A DNA stretch of 64,000 nt from a bacterium (GTDB lineage: Bacteria > Zhuqueibacterota > Zhuqueibacteria > Residuimicrobiales > Krinioviventaceae), in contig CAXXMD010000003.1 in NCBI GenBank assembly GCA_963675755.2, forward strand, positions 1,152,001 to 1,216,000, written 5' to 3'. The notes below the pieces were generated by a model. The model saw nothing but the letters and a program-made list of their open reading frames with translations, ran no database searches and was not told the origin of the DNA. Numbering within the stretch: position 1 is the stretch's first letter; each line of letters opens with the position of its first letter. The translations under genes were made by a program, and so were the position numbers. Shown here piece after piece: positions 7,841-18,466 of this stretch.

Positions 7841-8539
7841 TTGAACAAACATCCATCACTCAAAAACATTGAAATATCTCAAGACATTATTGAGCGCTGG
7901 CAAAGCATTGTTGACATACTTGCTGAAATTCTAGACATCCCCGCTGCACTGGTTATGAGAATTGTTGGAAAAGACCTTGAAGTATTCATGTCCAGCAAGA
8001 GTAAAAACAATCCTTACGAACCGGGTGAAAGAGAACCGCTTGAAGGCTCAGGACTGTATTGCGAAACCGTGATCAAAAGCAGAAACAAACTGCTTATCCC
8101 CAACGCTCTTTTAGATGAAAAGTGGAAAAACAATCCGGATATTAAACACAACATGATCTCCTACCTTGGCTTTCCTGTGCGCTGGCCCAATGGTATGATT
8201 TTCGGAACACTGTGCGTTTTGGATAATAAAGCCAACTCGTATTCTGATACATTTGAACAATTGATGATCAAGTTCAGAGAAATACTTGAAAACAATCTAT
8301 TACTACTATTCATGAACCACGAATTGGGTGTAAAAAACAAAAACCTTTCTGATTACCTGGCCGAAATTAAATCACTTAGAGAAATTACCCCCATCTGCTC
8401 ATACTGCAAAAAAATCAAAGACGATAAAGGCTATTGGGAAACCGTAGAAGCCTATTTTTCCAAACATACCGACACTAAATTCAGCCATGGATTATGCCCC
8501 GAATGTCTTGAAAAACATTACAAAGATATAATCAAATAA
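7841..8539 (+). CDS. GAF-domain signalling protein with C-terminal Cys-rich (PICSYCKKI...SHGLCPEC) domain
   Basis: GAF motifs SYLGFPVRWPNGMIFGTLCVLD; two CxxC pairs at the C-terminus. Confidence 0.8.
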   Translation: MNKHPSLKNIEISQDIIERWQSIVDILAEILDIPAALVMRIVGKDLEVFMSSKSKNNPYEPGEREPLEGSGLYCETVIKSRNKLLIPNALLDEKWKNNPDIKHNMISYLGFPVRWPNGMIFGTLCVLDNKANSYSDTFEQLMIKFREILENNLLLLFMNHELGVKNKNLSDYLAEIKSLREITPICSYCKKIKDDKGYWETVEAYFSKHTDTKFSHGLCPECLEKHYKDIIK

Positions 8540-8590
8540 TCTCAAATTTCGACACTAAAGCGTACAATGCTTATTCATACAATTATTTAC

Positions 8591-8619
8591 TTGCATATCT
8601 ATTGAATCATGAATATAAT
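8591..8619 (+). promoter_or_regulatory. Sigma70 promoter of the sugar-isomerase-like gene
   Basis: TTGCAT-17 nt-TATAAT. Confidence 0.65.
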
Positions 8620-8726
8620 TTATAAGGACCATCCCCTAGACACATCCCTGTAGATACTTGTTCCTGGTCCTGAATTATTTTTTTTGATCAAATTAAATCA
8701 ATTCATATACAATCAGGGAGATAGCC

Positions 8727-10274
8727 ATGTGTTGTGAATGCAATCAATTTAAAATCAATCGTCGTGATTTTATGGGACTTTCAGCAATGGGTTTAGCCGC
8801 AGCCGGCATGATAGCACCATCGTTGTCCGCAGGCAGTACGCTCCAAGAGTGGGATCCTGAAAAACCATTTAAAGTAAACGCTCAAAAATTACGTGTACAG
8901 CCGGTTTTACTCTACTCTATTCCTACCCGAAAACCTCAGGTATCATGGCGTCCCTGGGGAGGATTACATACAGAAAAAGATGTAGCAATTGAAGCTACAC
9001 GAATCATCAAAGAACTCAATGAGCTAGAAAAAAAATCAGATGCTCTTGAAATTCTTCCATTGGTCAAAGTCAACTCGCTTGAAAAAGCTGTAGCTTTTGA
9101 AAAATCAAAGGACTATGATGTTCCTATTGTATATGCTGCTGCAGGAGATACAGGGATGCTTGAAGCCATTGTTTCTGACAAACGCAATAACCTTATATTT
9201 CTCCGACATCGTTCAGGTCCTGTTTATCTCTGGTACGAGATCATCCACAATCGGTTCTTACGCAAGGGTGGAAAAGAATTTGAACTGGACGAATACCGAA
9301 ATCCCGCGGGTATGAATATTCATGATATAATAGTAGATGACTATGATGAATTGTTATATAAACTCCGTGGATTATATGCTGTTAAAAATTTTATGGGACA
9401 AAAAGTTGTTGCCCTGGGTGGTAGCGGTGGCTGGTGCTGTCCCCTGGCTCCTTCTGTATCTCAGGATAAATTTAATTTCAACATTCAAACCGTAGAATAC
9501 GATGACCTGGCAAAACGGATTCAATCAGCCAGAGCGAATACAGCCTTAAAAGCCAAAGCTGAAAAATGGACAAACACATATCTCTCCATGCTGGATACAA
9601 CCCTGCACACAGAAAGACAGTTTGTTGTTAATGCCTTTATTTTGTACAGTATATTTAAAGACCTGCTGAATGAGCACAATGCAAACGCATTTACAATAAA
9701 AAGCTGCATGGGCACAGTCATACCCATGGCAGAGACAACAGCATGTCTACCGCTCAGCCTGCTTAACGACGAAGGCGCAATGGCATTCTGCGAATCGGAT
9801 TTTAATGTAATACCCTCCGGTGTTTTGTTGTATTATCTGGCTGGCAAACCGGTCTTTTTAAATGATCCCACTTATCCGCATCATGGTATGGTCACTGCAG
9901 CACATTGCACCGCCCCCAGACGCATGGATGGAAAAAATTATGCATTGGCAAAAGTAGTTACTCATTTCGAATCCGATTATGGTGCGACACCCAAGGTAGA
10001 ATTACCTATCGGTACACCGATAACCATGGTTTGCCCTGACAGCGGACAAAAAGAGTGGTTGGGATTTACAGGAACAATTGAAGAAAATCCGTTTTATGAT
10101 ATTTGCCGCTCACAATATGACATAAAAATTGATGGTAACTGGAAAAAGTTATTAGCTGACCACCGTGGTTTTCATTGGATGATGGCATGCGGTGACTATA
10201 CACGTGAAATGGAATATGCATGCGGTAAAATCAATGTCAATTGGAAAAATATTTCTGATGTTTATTCAGTTTAA
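8727..10274 (+). CDS. Tat-exported L-fucose/L-arabinose isomerase-like protein
   Basis: NRRDFMGL twin-arginine signal; FTIKSCM...TTACLPLSLLNDEG...CESD, AHCT and GFHW motifs of the fucose-isomerase-like family. Confidence 0.7.
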   Translation: MCCECNQFKINRRDFMGLSAMGLAAAGMIAPSLSAGSTLQEWDPEKPFKVNAQKLRVQPVLLYSIPTRKPQVSWRPWGGLHTEKDVAIEATRIIKELNELEKKSDALEILPLVKVNSLEKAVAFEKSKDYDVPIVYAAAGDTGMLEAIVSDKRNNLIFLRHRSGPVYLWYEIIHNRFLRKGGKEFELDEYRNPAGMNIHDIIVDDYDELLYKLRGLYAVKNFMGQKVVALGGSGGWCCPLAPSVSQDKFNFNIQTVEYDDLAKRIQSARANTALKAKAEKWTNTYLSMLDTTLHTERQFVVNAFILYSIFKDLLNEHNANAFTIKSCMGTVIPMAETTACLPLSLLNDEGAMAFCESDFNVIPSGVLLYYLAGKPVFLNDPTYPHHGMVTAAHCTAPRRMDGKNYALAKVVTHFESDYGATPKVELPIGTPITMVCPDSGQKEWLGFTGTIEENPFYDICRSQYDIKIDGNWKKLLADHRGFHWMMACGDYTREMEYACGKINVNWKNISDVYSV

Positions 10275-10390
10275 AATATTTTCTCTGTTATTTCGTTTAT
10301 AATCATCTTAAATGTAAATTGTTGAAATAAATGAATTAAAGTATTGTTGTATGACATAGACTCTTTTTACAACAGGAACAAATCATTCAA

Positions 10391-12292
10391 ATGTTTAAAA
10401 ATATCAACATTGGTTTACGTATTGGCTTGGGATTTTTAATAATCCTGCTTTTGTTTATTTTTGTCTATTTTTTTACAGTCCATCAAATGGGTGTATTGTC
10501 CAATCTTACCAGTCTCATGTACAAACACCCATTAACTGTCAGCAATGCCGTTCTTAGGATTGAATACAACATTACCCGTATTCATCGTTCAATGAAAGAT
10601 GTGGCCTTGTCGCAAAATCAGACAGAAATTGATCAGGCTGTTAACCTGGTGAACCAATATGAATCTATGGTTTATAAAGATTTTGAAATCATTCAGGAAC
10701 GTTTTCTAGGCGACAGTACAATGTATTTACATGCCCGTGACCTGTTTTCCCAATGGAAACCTATCCGTGACTCGGTAATCACTTTGATGGACCAGGGTGA
10801 AAATCAACAAGCCGCCATGATTACCAAACATAAAGGTGCCCAACACGTCTTAAAACTGGAATCGGCCATGCAGGTTCTGAATGATTTTGCTCAAAACAAA
10901 GCATTTTCATTTTATAATGAAGCGCTGGTGAGAAGATCTCATTCATTAAGTATTACCTATACACTGGCAATACTGGTTTTACTTGTTGGCTCTCTTTTCA
11001 TTGTGCTGCTCACATTTAGCATAACCCAGCCATTAACCACCCTCATGAATGCGGTTATGGAGATCAGTTCCGGCAACCTGACAAAAAGAATAAACATTCA
11101 ATCCAAAGATGAAACCGGATTGCTGGCAACAGCCTTTAACCAGATGACAGAAAAATTGCAGGCGTCGCATAAAGATCTTGAAGACAAAATATTTCACCGC
11201 ACTATTGAATTGGAAAAAGCCAATTCCGATTTAAAACAGAAAATACACGAATTGCACTTGGCCCAGGAGGACCTGCTTCTCCATACACAAGCGTTAGATA
11301 ATATGCTTGAAGGTGTACATATCATCAAAACTCTGGACAACTCTTTTTTATATATGAATACTGCATCTGAAAAAATGTTTGGGTATCAAAAATCTGAACT
11401 TTTTGAAAAAAAATTATGTACAATCATCTCTCCTGACACTGATAAAACGCCAAAAGAGATTGCACAAGAAATTAACCAAAAATTACTCTCAGAAGGTGAT
11501 TGGGAAGATGTATTACTTTGCGTAAGAAAAGATGGCTCACAATTCTGGGCACAAACCAAAATATCCGCATTCAAACATTCCCTTCATGGTATAATTGGCA
11601 TTATTGTTCAGGAAGACATAACCGAACGAAAACAAGCCGAAGAACAGATAAAATCTGCATTAAAAGAAAAAGAGACCCTGTTACGCGAACTCTATCATCG
11701 CACTAAAAACAACATGCAGGTTATTCGCTCTATCATTTCTTTACAAAGGGCTTATTCTCAAAACGAAGAACTGGAATCCATCTTTCAGGATACTGAAAAT
11801 AAAATACAGGCAATGGCACTGGTACATCAAAAGTTGTATCAGTCCAAAGACCTGTCAAAAATCAATCTGGCAGAATATTTTCAGGAACTCACTGATCTCA
11901 TTGTCCAAAGTTTTCATTCACCTCATATAAATATCCAATTGGATTTACAATTGGAGGACGTTATTGTATTGATCGATACTGCTATCCCCTGCGGATTGAT
12001 TGTGAATGAACTTGTATCTAACACATTAAAACATGCCTTTCCGGATCAATCCACAGGTACCATTACCATTAAACTGTTTATAAACGATGATGGTGATGTT
12101 GAATTGTATTTCATGGACAACGGAATAGGTGTACCGCAGGATTTCAATTTTAGAACTCAAAAATCTTTGGGTTTACAAACCATAATTACGATTACTGAAC
12201 ACCAGCTAAAAGGCAAAATACAATTCAGTTCGGACAATGGAACAACCTGTCATATTATATTCAGTGATGAAAAAAATATAGAGAGGATATAA
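10391..12292 (+). CDS. Membrane sensor histidine kinase (4-helix-bundle sensor, HAMP, PAS, HisKA_2, HATPase)
   Basis: Two TM segments; HAMP SKDETGLLATAFNQM; ELYHRTKNNMQ H-box; NELVSNTLKHAF; DNGIG. Confidence 0.92.
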   Translation: MFKNINIGLRIGLGFLIILLLFIFVYFFTVHQMGVLSNLTSLMYKHPLTVSNAVLRIEYNITRIHRSMKDVALSQNQTEIDQAVNLVNQYESMVYKDFEIIQERFLGDSTMYLHARDLFSQWKPIRDSVITLMDQGENQQAAMITKHKGAQHVLKLESAMQVLNDFAQNKAFSFYNEALVRRSHSLSITYTLAILVLLVGSLFIVLLTFSITQPLTTLMNAVMEISSGNLTKRINIQSKDETGLLATAFNQMTEKLQASHKDLEDKIFHRTIELEKANSDLKQKIHELHLAQEDLLLHTQALDNMLEGVHIIKTLDNSFLYMNTASEKMFGYQKSELFEKKLCTIISPDTDKTPKEIAQEINQKLLSEGDWEDVLLCVRKDGSQFWAQTKISAFKHSLHGIIGIIVQEDITERKQAEEQIKSALKEKETLLRELYHRTKNNMQVIRSIISLQRAYSQNEELESIFQDTENKIQAMALVHQKLYQSKDLSKINLAEYFQELTDLIVQSFHSPHINIQLDLQLEDVIVLIDTAIPCGLIVNELVSNTLKHAFPDQSTGTITIKLFINDDGDVELYFMDNGIGVPQDFNFRTQKSLGLQTIITITEHQLKGKIQFSSDNGTTCHIIFSDEKNIERI

Positions 12293-12293
12293 T

Positions 12294-12662
12294 ATGAATC
12301 ATGTTCCTGAAATCCTGATTGTTGAAGATGAGGCATTTACCGCAATGAGCCTGCGCCTGGAACTTGAAAGAGCCGGATACAATGTATGCAGCATCCTTTC
12401 AACCGGAGAACAGGCTGTATCTTTTACTAAAGACAACAAACCTGATTATATCCTGATGGATATTCGCCTGGGTGGTGAAATAGATGGTATAGAAGCCGCA
12501 GAACAAATCAAGTCATCCCAAAATCTACCCATTATTTTCATGTCAGGATACGATGACAAATCATCAAGACAGCGCGCGCAAAAACTGAACCCGCTCAGCT
12601 ACCTGGTAAAACCCATCACCCTTGGGGACTTGACAGATGTATTAGAATCTGTTGACAAATAA
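12294..12662 (+). CDS. Single-domain response regulator
   Basis: ILIVEDE, LMDIRL, FMSG, YLVKP; directly follows the kinase. Confidence 0.92.
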   Translation: MNHVPEILIVEDEAFTAMSLRLELERAGYNVCSILSTGEQAVSFTKDNKPDYILMDIRLGGEIDGIEAAEQIKSSQNLPIIFMSGYDDKSSRQRAQKLNPLSYLVKPITLGDLTDVLESVDK

Positions 12663-12714
12663 AATTATTATTTCTACATTTTCTTATATATTTTTAAACA
12701 ATTGGAGGGGGGTC

Positions 12715-13635
12715 ATGAGAAAATCATTTCTTTTAATCCTGATTGCGTCTTTACCCACAATTGCTCAAGTGCCTGACTCTGTACTGGCCTATTATCCATT
12801 ACATACCGGCAACTATTGGGAGTATACGGAATTTGCCAGTGAGTGGGATTATCTCTATTGGCAGCGTTATTTTTGCCTCGAGGTGACCGGCGATACACTG
12901 ATGGAAAACGGCAAGAGCTACAAAATCCTGCAAAAACAATACATCCCGGATACGTTAGAGACAACATACTATTTCGAACGGGTGGATACGTTAACAGGTA
13001 ACATCTTTCGATATTGCAACAAATATGATTTCATAGATAACGAATACAAAATCGACAGTCTGAACATTCAATTGGGGGATACGGTTGCTGCCTCTCGCAA
13101 TTATCCATCGGATGCAAACGAAAATGAAATATTATGTCAATATTTAATCTCTGACACCCTGTTTAATCAATCTTTTCAAACAAAATATTTTGCTTGCATT
13201 AGCTTTATCCCCGGATTTAGTTACCGTTTGGCAAAAGGTATAGGTTTGGTTCGCTTTACTTTCGGCGGTGAAATCGCGCAAACATATCAAACATTAAAAT
13301 ATGCCAGAATCAATAATGTTGAATATGGAAACAAACTGCCAACCTATGTACAAAACGAGTCCTCAGAACCTGGTAGCTTTTCATTGAACCAGAACTATCC
13401 CAATCCATTCAATCCTTCAACCAAGATCAGTTACAATCTGGATCGGGCTGCTCAAGTATCCCTCATCATATATGACACGCTGGGACGCCAGGTACGTTCA
13501 CTCGTCAATAAACATCAGGATTCAGGGCACCATACAATCAATGTCAATTTTAATGACATTGCTGCGGGTGTCTATTTTTATCAATTAAAATCCAGAGATC
13601 AAATCCAGACAAGGAAAATGCTGCTGTTACGTTAA
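12715..13635 (+). CDS. Secreted protein with T9SS-type-A-like C-terminal sorting domain
   Basis: GGAGGG RBS before ATG 12715; signal peptide; YYPLHTGNYWEY; QNYPNPFNPST...GVYFYQL...KMLLLR. Confidence 0.85.
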   Translation: MRKSFLLILIASLPTIAQVPDSVLAYYPLHTGNYWEYTEFASEWDYLYWQRYFCLEVTGDTLMENGKSYKILQKQYIPDTLETTYYFERVDTLTGNIFRYCNKYDFIDNEYKIDSLNIQLGDTVAASRNYPSDANENEILCQYLISDTLFNQSFQTKYFACISFIPGFSYRLAKGIGLVRFTFGGEIAQTYQTLKYARINNVEYGNKLPTYVQNESSEPGSFSLNQNYPNPFNPSTKISYNLDRAAQVSLIIYDTLGRQVRSLVNKHQDSGHHTINVNFNDIAAGVYFYQLKSRDQIQTRKMLLLR

Positions 13636-13675
13636 GGTTCCCCAATGATACTTGCCTATAGATGTATTTATAACA

Positions 13676-13704
13676 ATCGTGACAGAGATAAACTCTGTCA
13701 CGAT
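13676..13704. terminator. Hairpin between convergent genes
   Basis: Perfect 12-bp stem ATCGTGACAGAG / CTCTGTCACGAT. Confidence 0.65.
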
Positions 13705-13714
13705 CTAAATTGTC

Positions 13715-14836
13715 CTATTTCACCAGTACAAACTTGCGGGTTTGCGTAAACGAATCTGTTTGTAATTGATAGAAATAAATCCCGCTGGCAAGGCTGCCGG
13801 CCAGAAACGTGACATGATGGTTTCCACTGCTCATGCGCTCATCCATCAGGGTTTGCACAAGCTGCCCCTGTGGATTATAAACATTTAATGTAACATGCTC
13901 TGATACAGGCAGACTAAATTTAATATTCGTAATCGGATTAAAAGGATTGGGATACGCGGCTTTAAGCTGATACGCTTCCGGAATACTTGCATCATTTACC
14001 GCAGATGGTCCGTAATAACCTTCCAGATTGTAATATGTATACAATACATCACTCACCACATGAAAGCCAATTCCATCCAGTTCGTGCTCCAAGGTCTGCC
14101 ATCCTGCACCAGGCATGAATACCGAAACCCGGTCATCCCGCGGCAGAGACGAAAACTCGTTCGGTTCCGCATAGAGCAACAACCCGGCGGTTTCTGACAA
14201 GGCGAGTGAATCGTTTGTGAATTGCGGTAATCCAAAAGCATCCAGTACCGTCAGTTTGTGAAAACCATACAGATCAGATTCAACAATCCCTACCGGGGCA
14301 AATTCAGCACTGAGCCGTTGCAGCTCAATATAAACAGAATCCATTTCCGGCAAGGCGGCTCCGGTCAGGTACAGTTTGCTTTCCTGGCCTCCGGCAACAA
14401 TGGTTACCGTATCATCATCCGAATGGACCCATGCGCCGCTATGGTCACCATATCCACCTGTTCGGAATTCGTAAGTCCAACTGTTGAATCCACCGGTCAT
14501 ATTAGAGATACGGGTAAATCCCGCTCCCTCCAGATATGCCGAAGCAGCCGCGCTTCGACCACCGGATTTACAGTATACAATTATGTCTATATCTTTGGGC
14601 AACAATTCTTTATGATTTTCAAGCACGCCACTTGACCACGGCATGTTTGCAGGAGTCAGAACCGGCATACCATCGGGTTCTGCAATATGTCCGCTGATAT
14701 ATTCGCTCACTTCACGCACATCCAAAAGTAACAAAGAATCCCTTTCTGCAAGACGGGTATGCACTTGTTCCGGAGTCAGGTTGGTATAGGCAAAGGAAAC
14801 AGAAACGGAAATCAACAACAGAATAAAAGATCGCAT
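13715..14836 (-). CDS. Secreted rhodanese-domain protein with T9SS-type-A-like C-terminal domain
   Basis: Signal peptide; LLDVREVSEYISGHI, VYCKSGGRS, GGFNSW; AYPNPFNP...GIYFYQL. Confidence 0.85.
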   Translation of the reverse strand: MRSFILLLISVSVSFAYTNLTPEQVHTRLAERDSLLLLDVREVSEYISGHIAEPDGMPVLTPANMPWSSGVLENHKELLPKDIDIIVYCKSGGRSAAASAYLEGAGFTRISNMTGGFNSWTYEFRTGGYGDHSGAWVHSDDDTVTIVAGGQESKLYLTGAALPEMDSVYIELQRLSAEFAPVGIVESDLYGFHKLTVLDAFGLPQFTNDSLALSETAGLLLYAEPNEFSSLPRDDRVSVFMPGAGWQTLEHELDGIGFHVVSDVLYTYYNLEGYYGPSAVNDASIPEAYQLKAAYPNPFNPITNIKFSLPVSEHVTLNVYNPQGQLVQTLMDERMSSGNHHVTFLAGSLASGIYFYQLQTDSFTQTRKFVLVK

Positions 14837-15132
14837 TCAAAACTCCCCAATCATATGAAAATTTTAGTTTTAAAAACAATAAATCCATTATAGATAAAAA
14901 AAAGGGGAATTACAATAACATTCTAATTAAGAAGAGTAAAATCCAAGCCTATATCTAACAGCCGGGTGATATTACTCTCTTTATGATGTATTGTTGAAAA
15001 AACAAAAAGTCTTCTAGTCCCGAACAATTTTCAGACTCTCTATTCTCTTGATTCTGGAAAGAGTATTTACTACATTTGATTATAACAGGGATTTCAATAA
15101 ATTCAATTCAATAAAACAGGGGCCAACCACCA

Positions 15133-18100
15133 ATGAAAAAAAAACTGATACTATTATGCCTTATTGCGTCTATAGCTTTTTCAGAAACTGTGATTAATCA
15201 AGGCCCTGTAAGCGGGTTCTGGACGCGTGAAAATTCACCTTACATCATTCAGGGAGATATTGAAATCCCCCAAAACGATTCCCTGTTAATTGGCCCCGGT
15301 GTGCAAGTCTTATTCAACGGACATTATTCTCTTACAGCATATGGACTGTTTAAAGCACAGGGTACAGAACAGGATAGTATTCTCATCAGTTCAACTCACG
15401 CAGATACGTTGTGGAATGGATTAAAATTTATTAGAAACTTTTCTATTTTTGATTATTGTAAAATTACAAGATGTTATGCAAATAATGATACGGCTAAATT
15501 GGGTGGAACAATACTATCAAATGATGCAGATTTAAACATCACACATAGTCATATACATCATAATTCTGTTAAATTCAAAACATACTATTATGCTGCCGGT
15601 GCAATTATAGCTCATGATGCGAATGTTGATATTTCAAATAATATAATATCTTTTAATACGATTACTTCAAGAGGTGGTGGAGCCGGCGCAGTATGTATCA
15701 AAGGGGGGAAGGCAAATTTATGTTATAACAAATTTGATCATAATGATAGTGAGGGTTATTGGAGTCATGAGGGTGCTGGTGCAATTGAAATTTACAACGC
15801 TAATGCTTCTATAAAATTCAATTTAATCTATGAAAACTTTGGTGCATCATGTGAATCAATTCATGCACGAAATAGTTATACCAGATTAGTAAACAATACA
15901 ATAGTATTTAATAAAACAATATATGATAATTGGAATACAATCAGGATAGAGGGTGAAGGATTAGCAGTAAACAATATTATTTATAATAAAGCAAATACAT
16001 ATTTTTATGAATTAGGCAATAAAGTTGAATATAATTGCTTATATAATATTGATACAAACCCATTGAATAATAATAACTTTGATCAAAAACCATTATTTGT
16101 TGATGAAGACAACTATGACTTTCACCTTTCATCCAACTCTCCTTGCATAGATGCCGGACATCCGGATTCATCTTTTATTGATGAACCTGAATATAATGGG
16201 GGCAGAATTAACCTGGGATGTTATGGAAATACAGCCGAAGCAACCGTTTCCAATCCACAGTTATTACTTTTAACATCTGAATTAAACTTTGATAAAGTGA
16301 TAATTTATGAGCCAAAAACATTGACAATTACAATGACAAACGAAGGAGAAACTAGACTCAATATAAATTTATCTTTAAATTCTAATAATTTAAACAATCC
16401 ATTCACCTGTAAAGATTCAACATTTTCAGTATTAGCAGGAGATACATTAAATGTACCTATTGCATATAAACCATCACATGCTAGTAAAGACACTTTGCTA
16501 CTTTTTATTTCCACAAATGATAAACATCAAATCAATGTACCTGTAATGTTAACCGGAGAAGGAATTCTTGGCAGTAGTTTTTCCGGAACATTTGAAAAAC
16601 AATATTCACCATATATTTTGAAACAAGACTTGACAATCCAATCAGGTAAGCAATTAATTATTGAACCCGGCACAACTGTTTTAGCTGATTCTGGTGTATC
16701 CATTATAATTAATGGGTCTCTGATAACAGAGGGAACAGAACAAGACCCAATAATTTTTACTTCCTTAAATCCAAATGAACACTGGGATGGTCTTGTTATC
16801 AATCATACAAATTTACGTAACCCGGAATCTTTAAATTATTGTCACATATCTAACGCAAATATTGGTATACTATTAAGGGACTCTTCAAACTTTTTAAATT
16901 GCTCAATTACCAATTGCGATTCAATTGGTATACTATCATTGGACCATGCAAATATTTTGAATTGCACAATTACAAACTGCAAATCAACAGCAATCTCTAT
17001 AGATTACAAAAGACCAGCAATATATAATGATTCTTTGTTGATTATCAATAATAAAATAGAAAATACATTTAAAGCTTTAAAACTTGAGGGAGATAATTTT
17101 ATTATCAAAAATAATAGAATTGAAAATGTTTATATGACAGCAAATATTTCCGGAAGCAGTGTTTTTATAAATAATACAGTTACAAATGCTGATATAGGAA
17201 TTTATACAAAAGGACCAAGTTTGATCCTGGAAGGAAATACTCTAATAGGGCGTGGAAAACCTTTTAATATTCAAAAAAGAGTATTTTATTTATCTTATGA
17301 TGAAGAAAATAATTATATAGAAGGCTTGAATGCTAAAGATGGTTTAATAACTCCTGGCAGTGAAAAGGCAGATGCATATCTAACATTTGATAGTAAAATA
17401 AGTACGGGTGAAAGAAATGCCATCTATTCAACTACTTTAGATTATAAATTAGTAAAAAAAGTTCCCACAGACGGATTTAAAACAAATGACCTTTTACATA
17501 GGTACAAAACGTATATTATTAAAACTTTAGATGGTGGGCATTTCAAATTTATCTTGGATACTTATACTGTCATAACCGGAAAGTATAAAAGAGGAATAAA
17601 ATGTATAATTGGAACATATATTCCAAAAGGCGTTACTGAATTCCCGGTTATTTCAAATATCAAAGAATGTATTCCCAATGATGGTATACATATTAATAAC
17701 GGAACAGTAAATATTTATGAAAATGGTATTCAATACATAACGCAATTAAACTCATTACTTTGTATCAATTTAACTATGAAGAACAATATAATCGCCAACT
17801 TTACAAACAGAGGTGTTGCAACATATAATACAATTGTTACTCAGTTTACAAATAATAAAATATGGGGAAATGGTGATGCTGGTTTCTTGTATCATTCTCC
17901 TGTTTTCTATAATACACAAAATAATAACTTTTATTCTCCCAAAACAATTAAGGAAAACAATGAAATTTTTAACAACAATGGTTACCAATTTTTAAATTGT
18001 ACTAATGAATCAATTAATCTTCCCTACACCTATTGGGGACCCGAAGATTCTACATCCGTAGATAATATGATCCTCGATCAATCCGAAAACAGCTCACTCG

Positions 18101-18459
18101 GCAAAGTAAATTTTATTCCGTTCCTGGATGCATACAACAATCCGTTAACAGATATAGAGAGTACCGATTCCAAACCGCCCCTCTCCTTTAACCTGCTGGG
18201 CATGTACCCCAATCCCGCCAATCCCTCAGTCAATATTTCATTCGAACTGAGCAAAACCGACCGGGTAGAGATCAACATCTATAATGTTTTGGGTCAGCAT
18301 ATCAAATCCTTGTGTAATACCCGTTACACCGCAGGACAGCACAACCTGACCTGGTATGGACTCAATGAACAGGGTGTCACTTCTCCAAGTGGAGTTTATA
18401 TCGTTTCCATCAAATGCGGGGATGTAAGTATAAACAAGCGTATGGCATTAGTAAGATAG
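15133..18459 (+). CDS. Large secreted right-handed beta-helix protein with Ig-like module and FlgD/T9SS-like C-terminal domain
   Basis: Signal peptide; twice-repeated SPYI...PG...GTEQD.I module; Asn/Ile-rich beta-helix repeats; DFHLSSNSPCIDAG; YPNPANPS...SGVY. Confidence 0.8.
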   Translation: MKKKLILLCLIASIAFSETVINQGPVSGFWTRENSPYIIQGDIEIPQNDSLLIGPGVQVLFNGHYSLTAYGLFKAQGTEQDSILISSTHADTLWNGLKFIRNFSIFDYCKITRCYANNDTAKLGGTILSNDADLNITHSHIHHNSVKFKTYYYAAGAIIAHDANVDISNNIISFNTITSRGGGAGAVCIKGGKANLCYNKFDHNDSEGYWSHEGAGAIEIYNANASIKFNLIYENFGASCESIHARNSYTRLVNNTIVFNKTIYDNWNTIRIEGEGLAVNNIIYNKANTYFYELGNKVEYNCLYNIDTNPLNNNNFDQKPLFVDEDNYDFHLSSNSPCIDAGHPDSSFIDEPEYNGGRINLGCYGNTAEATVSNPQLLLLTSELNFDKVIIYEPKTLTITMTNEGETRLNINLSLNSNNLNNPFTCKDSTFSVLAGDTLNVPIAYKPSHASKDTLLLFISTNDKHQINVPVMLTGEGILGSSFSGTFEKQYSPYILKQDLTIQSGKQLIIEPGTTVLADSGVSIIINGSLITEGTEQDPIIFTSLNPNEHWDGLVINHTNLRNPESLNYCHISNANIGILLRDSSNFLNCSITNCDSIGILSLDHANILNCTITNCKSTAISIDYKRPAIYNDSLLIINNKIENTFKALKLEGDNFIIKNNRIENVYMTANISGSSVFINNTVTNADIGIYTKGPSLILEGNTLIGRGKPFNIQKRVFYLSYDEENNYIEGLNAKDGLITPGSEKADAYLTFDSKISTGERNAIYSTTLDYKLVKKVPTDGFKTNDLLHRYKTYIIKTLDGGHFKFILDTYTVITGKYKRGIKCIIGTYIPKGVTEFPVISNIKECIPNDGIHINNGTVNIYENGIQYITQLNSLLCINLTMKNNIIANFTNRGVATYNTIVTQFTNNKIWGNGDAGFLYHSPVFYNTQNNNFYSPKTIKENNEIFNNNGYQFLNCTNESINLPYTYWGPEDSTSVDNMILDQSENSSLGKVNFIPFLDAYNNPLTDIESTDSKPPLSFNLLGMYPNPANPSVNISFELSKTDRVEINIYNVLGQHIKSLCNTRYTAGQHNLTWYGLNEQGVTSPSGVYIVSIKCGDVSINKRMALVR

Positions 18460-18466
18460 GTTTTTA

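Noticed and set aside
8658-10381. 9-nt complement TTGTTCCTG / CAGGAACAA flanking the isomerase gene
   Set aside because: Too short, and the downstream copy is the RBS region of the next gene; compatible with chance.
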